NCBI GenBank assembly: GCA_963718235.1
Contig: CAVQYR010000001.1
Location: forward strand, 1,504,001 to 1,568,000
DNA length: 64,000 bases
From: an uncultured Actinomycetota bacterium
GTDB lineage: Bacteria > Actinomycetota > Actinomycetes > JAHEKZ01
Direction: 5' to 3'
In this document: positions 58,593 to 64,000 of the stretch, in pieces
How positions within the stretch are numbered: the first letter of the stretch is position 1
Layout: each line of letters starts with the position of its first letter
The notes under the pieces: model-generated
What the model saw: the letters and a program-made list of their open reading frames with translations, nothing else
Database searches by the model: none
Told to the model about the DNA's origin: nothing
Program-made: the position numbers and the translations under genes

Positions 58593-59999
58593 GTGACGAC
58601 TCCGACGGCGTCCGACCTCGCGGCAGCCACACCGGCCTCCCGTGACCGGTACGTCGACTTCCTGCGGGTCGCCGCCCTCGGATCGGTGATGCTCGGCCAC
58701 TACCTGATGGCAGGCGTGCTACGGGGCCCCGACGACCAGGTGATCGTGACCAACAGCCTGGTCGAGGTTCCTCCCGCGAGGCTGCTCACCTGGATCTTCC
58801 AGGTGATGCCCGTCTTCTTCGTCGTCGGCGGGTTCTCCAACGCGACGGCGCTGCACTCACTTCGACGTCGAGGGGGTGGCTACGCCGACTTCGCGCTGAG
58901 CCGCTGCCGCCGGCTCCTGGAGCCGACCCTGGCCTTCGTCACGTTCGCGGTGCTGGCTGCGGTCCTCGTGGAGGTGTCCGGGCCCACGAACGCCTCGGTC
59001 GAGTTCGCCCTGCGACTCATCGGTCAGCCGCTGTGGTTCGTGGGGATCTACCTGTTCGTGGTGGCCATGGCACCGTTCATGCTGCGTCTGCACGAGCGGT
59101 ACGGCCTGCCGGTCGTGGTCGTGCTGGTGGTCGCGGTGGCCGTCGTCGACGTGCTTCGGCTCGGCTTCGACGTGCCGCTGATCGGCTACCTCAACTTCCT
59201 GACCGTGTGGCTGGCGATCCACCAGATCGGGTTCTTCTACGCCGACGGTCGGCTGCTGCGGACCCCCGTGGCCTGGTCGATGGCCGTCGGAGGGGGAGTC
59301 GTGGCGGTTGCCCTGGTCGGGCTGCTGCCCTATCCGTTGTCGATGGTCAGCCTCCCCGGAGAGTCGGTCTCCAACCTGGCGCCACCGTCGCTGGCCCTGC
59401 TGGCCCTTGGGGTCGCCCAGATCGGCATCCTCGTCCTGGTCCGCGACCCCGCGAACCGCTGGCTGTCCAGGCGTCGGGTCTGGACCGTGGTGGTTGCCGC
59501 CAACGGCGTGGTGATGACGACCTTCCTCTGGCACCTCACGGCGATCGTCGTGGTCAACGCCGTGATCGTCGAGACCGGGCTTCCCACGCCGGCGATCGGA
59601 TCGGTCGCGTGGTGGTTCGGCCGGCTCCTGATCCTCCCGCTGGTCGTCCTGGTGCTCGCCGGGCTCGTGGCGGTCTTCCGTCGCTTCGAGGCGCCTCACC
59701 CGACGGAGGTCCCGGACCCACAGCTCAGGCACCCGCACCGTGGCGGTTGGGCGGTGCTGGGGCTGGTGCTCGCGACGTTCGGGATCCTGGGGTTCTCGAT
59801 GACCGGGTTCACCGGGATCACCACGTTCGAGACCCAGACCCTGGTGGTGGTGCCTGTGACGCCGTTCCTCAACCTCGCCCTGCTGCTGTCGGGCTGGTGG
59901 ATCGTGCAGTTCGCGGCTGCGCCGCGGCGGCGGTCTGCTCGATCAGTCGGACCGTCTGCTGGGGCTGGTCCCACATCGGGACATGACCACAGTCGCTGA
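58593..59999 (+). CDS. Acyltransferase family 3 membrane protein
   Basis: RDRYVDFLR, GH, QVMPVFFVVGG, PLWF, SNLAPPS, FLWH. Confidence 0.88.
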   Translation: MTTPTASDLAAATPASRDRYVDFLRVAALGSVMLGHYLMAGVLRGPDDQVIVTNSLVEVPPARLLTWIFQVMPVFFVVGGFSNATALHSLRRRGGGYADFALSRCRRLLEPTLAFVTFAVLAAVLVEVSGPTNASVEFALRLIGQPLWFVGIYLFVVAMAPFMLRLHERYGLPVVVVLVVAVAVVDVLRLGFDVPLIGYLNFLTVWLAIHQIGFFYADGRLLRTPVAWSMAVGGGVVAVALVGLLPYPLSMVSLPGESVSNLAPPSLALLALGVAQIGILVLVRDPANRWLSRRRVWTVVVAANGVVMTTFLWHLTAIVVVNAVIVETGLPTPAIGSVAWWFGRLLILPLVVLVLAGLVAVFRRFEAPHPTEVPDPQLRHPHRGGWAVLGLVLATFGILGFSMTGFTGITTFETQTLVVVPVTPFLNLALLLSGWWIVQFAAAPRRRSARSVGPSAGAGPTSGHDHSR

Positions 60000-60708
60000 G
60001 CCTGACCCACCGGGCATGGCGGGGGGCCATCGACTGCTTCTGGCAGTCGGGGTCGGGAAGGATCCGGTCCTGGTCGCCCCACACGACGGTCACGGGAACG
60101 TCGACCGGGACGGCGTCCGGGTCGAGATGTCGACGGTGGGTCCCGGCCAGAGCCGCGGCCCAGCCGCGGGCCGACGCATGGGCCCGGACCGCGTCGATCG
60201 CAGTGTGCTTGTCGAGCTGGGCCGGGTTCGCCGACGCCGACCAGAACCCCAACGTGCGCAGGGCGCGTGACTGCAGCAGCGTGGGGGCCAGTGGTGCGGC
60301 AGCCCGGGCGGCCCACCGGTTCACATGGGCGATCACCGGCACGACCGTGGTGTCCCACAGGCCGGCTGGCGCCAGTGCCGTGACGCTGTACGCACGACCG
60401 GCCACAGCCAGCTCGAGGGCGATCCAGCCTCCCAGGGAGTTTCCCGCGACGTGCACGCGGGGAAGGGACAGGTCGTCCAGAAGTGCGGCCACGGAGGCGG
60501 CGATGCCGGCTGGGGTTGCGTCAGCCCCCGGCGCGAAGGGTGGTGACTCGCCATGGCCTGGTAGGTCGATGGCGATCACGTCGAATCGCTCGGCCAGCTC
60601 TGGCAGCACCGGGTCCCAGACGCTTCGGCTGCTGCCGAGGCCATGGAGCAGGACGAGCGGCTCTGCGCCGTCCCCGGCTCGGCGTGGTCGTTCGTGGGCC
60701 AGCACCAT
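59869..60708 (-). CDS. Alpha/beta fold hydrolase
   Basis: LLHGLG, DLPGHG, GNSLGG, WGDQD, CGHVPMWD. Confidence 0.9.
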   Translation of the reverse strand: MVLAHERPRRAGDGAEPLVLLHGLGSSRSVWDPVLPELAERFDVIAIDLPGHGESPPFAPGADATPAGIAASVAALLDDLSLPRVHVAGNSLGGWIALELAVAGRAYSVTALAPAGLWDTTVVPVIAHVNRWAARAAAPLAPTLLQSRALRTLGFWSASANPAQLDKHTAIDAVRAHASARGWAAALAGTHRRHLDPDAVPVDVPVTVVWGDQDRILPDPDCQKQSMAPRHARWVRLSDCGHVPMWDQPQQTVRLIEQTAAAAQPRTARSTSPTAAGRG

Positions 60709-60770
60709 GGCTCCATTCTCTCCCGACTGCTTGTGGGCAGCGTCGTGGGTCAGACGTCTACCCTTGGGCG

Positions 60771-61202
60771 GTGCCCACGACCGCAGCGCTGCCGGCGGTC
60801 CGTCATCTCGTCCGGGCGCGAGACCTGGCCGACGCCAGCTTCACCGAGCCCCTGACCGTCGACGACCTGGCGGCGGCGGCGTGCCTTTCCCGGGCGCACT
60901 TCAGCCGGGAGTTCCGTCGCGCCTTCGGTGAGACGCCGTACTCCTACCTGCTGACCCGACGGCTCGAGCGGGCGGCGACCCTGCTGCGCGGCACGGACTA
61001 CTCGGTGGCCGACATCTGCATGCGCGTGGGCCTCACCAGTGTCGGGTCGTTCACCTCCAGCTTCCGTCGCGCGTACGGCATGACCCCCACGCAGTACCGC
61101 GCATCGTTCCCGTCGGCCGCCGCCCTCGCCATGATCCCGCTGTGCGTGCTGAGGGCCTATGGCCGCCCGGTGATCCGCACGATCGGAGAAGACGTCGGGT
61201 GA
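60771..61202 (+). CDS. AraC family transcriptional regulator (HTH only)
   Basis: RARDLAD, LSRAHFSREFRRAFGETP, RRLERA, GSFTSSF; TACCCT-N6-GTG. Confidence 0.9.
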   Translation: MPTTAALPAVRHLVRARDLADASFTEPLTVDDLAAAACLSRAHFSREFRRAFGETPYSYLLTRRLERAATLLRGTDYSVADICMRVGLTSVGSFTSSFRRAYGMTPTQYRASFPSAAALAMIPLCVLRAYGRPVIRTIGEDVG

Positions 61203-61250
61203 GCGACCCTCGTACCGTCGAAGCCGAGGACCCGACGAGTGGAGGACACG

Positions 61251-61673
61251 ATGATCAAGATCAGCACCACCCAGCTCTGGGTGCACGACCAGGACGAGGC
61301 ACTCGCCTTCTGGACCGACCAGGTCGGTTTCGAGGTGCGCGAGGACGTCACCGTTGCCGAGCTGGGCAACTTCCGCTGGCTGACGGTCGGTCCGGCCGGC
61401 GGGGACCAGATCGCCATCGTCTTGATGGCCATCCCAGGGCCGCCGGTCATGGATGACGCGACTTCGGCCCAGGTGGCCGACCTGACGGCCAAAGGGTTCG
61501 CCGGCACGGTCTTCCTCGAGACGGACGACGCCATGAAGGCGTACGAGGAGCTCTCGGCCCGCGGAGTGGAGTTCACCGAGAAGCCCACAGCGCAGCCCTA
61601 CGGCGTCGACTGCGGGTTCCGGGACCCATCGGGCAACAGCGTCCGGCTCACCCAGCGCACGCCGATGGGCTGA
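61251..61673 (+). CDS. VOC (glyoxalase/bleomycin resistance) family protein
   Basis: VHDQDEALAFW, RWLTV, PYGVDCGFRDPSGN; GGAGG SD. Confidence 0.92.
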   Translation: MIKISTTQLWVHDQDEALAFWTDQVGFEVREDVTVAELGNFRWLTVGPAGGDQIAIVLMAIPGPPVMDDATSAQVADLTAKGFAGTVFLETDDAMKAYEELSARGVEFTEKPTAQPYGVDCGFRDPSGNSVRLTQRTPMG

Positions 61674-61693
61674 GCCGCGTAGCCTTCGGCGCC

Positions 61694-62221
61694 ATGACTG
61701 AGCTGGACCGCTTGGCCGTGCGCGACTGGCCGCCGCATGTCACCGACGGCGAACGTTCCATGCTCAACGCATGGCTGGAGTTCCACCGGGCCACGCTGGC
61801 CGGCAAGTGCGCGGGGCTGAGCAGCGAACAGCTGAGAACGCGGTCGGTGCCGCCGTCCACGCTGTCGTTGCTCGGTCTGCTGCGACACATGACCGACGTC
61901 GAGCGTTACTGGTTCCAGTCGGTGTTCGCAGGAGCGGAGGCGACACCCCACTACTGGACGGAGGCGAACCCGGACGCGGACTTCGACGACGTTGACGTGG
62001 CCGATGTCGACACCGACGTCGCACGGTTTGACGACGAGTGTCGGACCTCGCGACGGATCGCCGAGGGCGCGGCGTCGCTCGACGTGGTCGGCGTCAGCCA
62101 GCGGGACGCCCACGACGTGTCCCTGCGGTGGATCCTCGTGCACATGATCGAGGAGTACGCACGGCACAACGGGCATGCAGACCTGCTCCGCGAGCGGATC
62201 GACGGGGCCGTCGGCGACTGA
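61694..62221 (+). CDS. DinB/DUF664 family protein
   Basis: LSLLGLLRHMTDVERYWF, HMIEEYARHNGHADLLRERIDG. Confidence 0.92.
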   Translation: MTELDRLAVRDWPPHVTDGERSMLNAWLEFHRATLAGKCAGLSSEQLRTRSVPPSTLSLLGLLRHMTDVERYWFQSVFAGAEATPHYWTEANPDADFDDVDVADVDTDVARFDDECRTSRRIAEGAASLDVVGVSQRDAHDVSLRWILVHMIEEYARHNGHADLLRERIDGAVGD

Positions 62222-62255
62222 CGTCGACCGGTCGGCCGTTGCTAGCATCTGGACC

Positions 62256-62495
62256 ATGAGCCATGTCACCGTCGAGTCGGCGGACCGGTCCTGGACCGTC
62301 ACGAAGGTCGTTGCCGTCGTGGTCGCGATCCTCACCGCCGGCTACATGCTCCCGTGGGCGATCGCCGCGGTGCGCGACGTGCCGCACTGGTCGGTGTTCT
62401 GGGTGAACCTGCTGCTGGGGTGGACCATCGTCGGGTGGATCGTGGCCCTGGTGATGGCGCTTCGGGCTCAGCGCCGGGTCATCGTCACCGAGTAG
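62256..62495 (+). CDS. Superinfection immunity protein domain membrane protein
   Basis: YMLPWAIA...NLLLGWTIVGWIVALVMA; TAGCAT-N7-ATG. Confidence 0.82.
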   Translation: MSHVTVESADRSWTVTKVVAVVVAILTAGYMLPWAIAAVRDVPHWSVFWVNLLLGWTIVGWIVALVMALRAQRRVIVTE

Positions 62496-63408
62496 CCGGA
62501 CCCTTGCTCCGAGGCTGATGGGACGGCTGACCGTCACCCTGGCCTCGGGCCAGGGTCATCGCGCCCAGAGCGCTGATCACCATCACGGCGCCGATCACCT
62601 GACGCAGGTCGAGTCGCTCGCCGAGAAGCGCCCAGCTGAAGATCAGGCCGAAGGCGGGAACGAGCGTGAGGTACATCCCGGCGCGGGTTGCCGTGGTCAG
62701 CCGAAGCCCGGAAACGTAGAGCCAGAAGGCCACGCCGTAGTAGAGGATTCCCGCAGAGATGGCCGCACCTACCTCGAGCGAAGTGGCCTGCCAAGACGGG
62801 CCCTCCTGGAGGCCAACGACCGTCAGAACCGTAGCTGCGAAGAGCAGCGCCACTACCTGCTGCGCCCACACGATCGACAGTGAGCCATCCGTCAGGTGCA
62901 TGCGACGCAGCAGAACCGAGTACAAGGCACATGCGGTAACCGCAGCGAGGGTGAGGGTCACACCCCACGGGGAAGCCGGCCCCGTGGGGGTGCCGATGAT
63001 CAGAGCGACGCCGAGCATCGCCAGGGCCATGACGATCAGTGTGCTCCGGCCGGCCCGCTCGTGAAGGACGAGCAGCGCCAGCAGGACCACGAGTAGTGGC
63101 TCGGTCGCCCACAGTACGACCGAGACCGAAGCGTCGATCCGGGCCAGGCCGAGCAGCCCCAGGGCGTAGGCGACGCCCGGATTCAAGGCTCCGAGGAGGG
63201 CGGCTCTCCGATTGACGACTCGCAGCTGCGAGGTCTGTCCGGTGAGCCGGAGCAGGAGTGAGAGGAACATCACGCTGCAGACCAGCTGGAAGGGCAGCAG
63301 CGTGAGCGGGGTGAACCCGGACAGCGCGTACTTCGTGAGAACCGTGCCCAGGCCCCAGCACAGCATCGCCGGGACCAGAAGGGCAGCACTGCGTGAGCGA
63401 ACGTTCAT
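62485..63408 (-). CDS. EamA/DMT family transporter
   Basis: About 10 TMs in two repeats; CWG...TK, LHER, LLGERL; AGGAG SD. Confidence 0.9.
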   Translation of the reverse strand: MNVRSRSAALLVPAMLCWGLGTVLTKYALSGFTPLTLLPFQLVCSVMFLSLLLRLTGQTSQLRVVNRRAALLGALNPGVAYALGLLGLARIDASVSVVLWATEPLLVVLLALLVLHERAGRSTLIVMALAMLGVALIIGTPTGPASPWGVTLTLAAVTACALYSVLLRRMHLTDGSLSIVWAQQVVALLFAATVLTVVGLQEGPSWQATSLEVGAAISAGILYYGVAFWLYVSGLRLTTATRAGMYLTLVPAFGLIFSWALLGERLDLRQVIGAVMVISALGAMTLARGQGDGQPSHQPRSKGPATR

Positions 63409-63453
63409 GGGGGCTCCTGCTTGTGGACGGACAGCGGATGGACGCGTGGCGCG

Positions 63454-63531
63454 TCAGTGGTCGCTGTCGCAGGTGCTGTACCCAGGCGGGCAGGCGGGAC
63501 GGCGACGCCGTCTGGGCTGCCCGGGTTTCAC
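63454..63531 (-). CDS. Candidate leaderless uORF MKPGQPRRRRRPACPPGYSTCDSDH upstream of the DMT gene
   Basis: TACGCT-N7-GTG; AGA CGG CGT CGC CGT run; stop inside a hairpin that extends to the DMT SD. Confidence 0.5.
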   Translation of the reverse strand: MKPGQPRRRRRPACPPGYSTCDSDH

Positions 63532-63550
63532 GGTGAGGAGCGTAGTCCGT

Positions 63551-64000
63551 TCAGGCACCGACGTCGGCGGCTTGGCCTCCGGTGATGCGCAGCAGCTCGT
63601 CGTAGCTGGTGGGGAACACCGTGTAGGGGTGTCCGGCTGCGGCCCAGACCACCGGGAAGTCGGCGAGGTCGACGTCGATCAGGGTGCGCAGCGGCTGAGG
63701 GTGTCCGACCGGGGCGACCCCGCCGATAGGCATGCCGGTGTGCTCGCGGACGAAGTCGGCGGTGGCCTTGCCGACGCGCTGCGCCCCGACCAGGGAGGCA
63801 ACAGCGTGGACGTCGACCCGGTGCCCGCCGCTGGCCAGGACGAGCAGGGGAGCGCCGTCGGCGTCGAAGACCAGGCTGTTGGCGATCGCGGCGACGTCGC
63901 ACCCGAGCTGGGCGGCGGCCGCGGCCGCGGTGGGTGCGGCCTCCTGCAGGGCGACGACCTCGCCGGAGACCCCCAGGTCGCGCAGCTGGGTGGTGATCCG
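63551..64000 (-). CDS. YbaK/EbsC family aminoacyl-tRNA deacylase (5' partial)
   Basis: TAAAAAAQLGCDVAAIANSLVF, VREHTGMPIGGVAPVGH, VWAAAGHP. Confidence 0.92.
   Translation of the reverse strand, partial: RITTQLRDLGVSGEVVALQEAAPTAAAAAAQLGCDVAAIANSLVFDADGAPLLVLASGGHRVDVHAVASLVGAQRVGKATADFVREHTGMPIGGVAPVGHPQPLRTLIDVDLADFPVVWAAAGHPYTVFPTSYDELLRITGGQAADVGA

Noticed and set aside
46472-62495. Prophage or defence island inferred from the RNase/barstar and immunity genes
   Set aside because: No integrase, att-like repeats, structural genes or clustering; the genes are isolated among core functions
63495-63550. Resemblance to a guanidine-III (ykkC-III) riboswitch (ACCCGG..CAG..AGACGGCG) before a DMT gene
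   Set aside because: The 5' CGAGGU core and full pseudoknot pairing are missing, and part lies upstream of the predicted TSS; an Infernal search would settle it

Overview
High-GC actinobacterial chromosomal segment with no tRNA, rRNA, CRISPR array, transposase or prophage detected. It is largely conserved core synteny. In order: end of an ErpA/IscA gene, adenosine kinase, the cytochrome bc1-aa3 supercomplex locus (ctaC-ctaD-ctaF; ctaE-qcrCAB), trpD, a DEDD/GIY-YIG nuclease, a c-di-AMP-riboswitch-led NlpC/P60 operon ending in pimB', the SRPBCC-ArsA-glkA block, plsC/glpK/pfkA, a class II DAHP synthase, ada-alkA/ogt, a type I-beta DAHP synthase, nfo-pknL/Rv2175c-like, and a dispersed carotenoid cluster (crtYcd, crtB, crtI, crtE, crtD-like, GT2, cruF, crtA). 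That cluster is interrupted by an RNase/barstar pair, metF and two tandem PLP decarboxylases. The most notable signals are absent from the ORF track. (1) A leaderless 25-aa leader peptide containing W-F-x-F-Y-x-F with terminator/antiterminator sits upstream of aroF, an apparent Trp/Phe/Tyr attenuator. (2) A leaderless 25-aa uORF with five tandem Arg codons sits upstream of an EamA/DMT transporter, and its 3' end can pair over the transporter's SD. (3) Two outward-facing PafBC-type promoters. (4) An intact glucosamine-kinase/maltokinase-like ORF lacking the catalytic motifs. (5) Widespread TANNNT-N6-8-start leaderless architecture. Three single-base +1 frameshifts may be assembly errors. All calls are from reading the sequence by eye; no searches were run.
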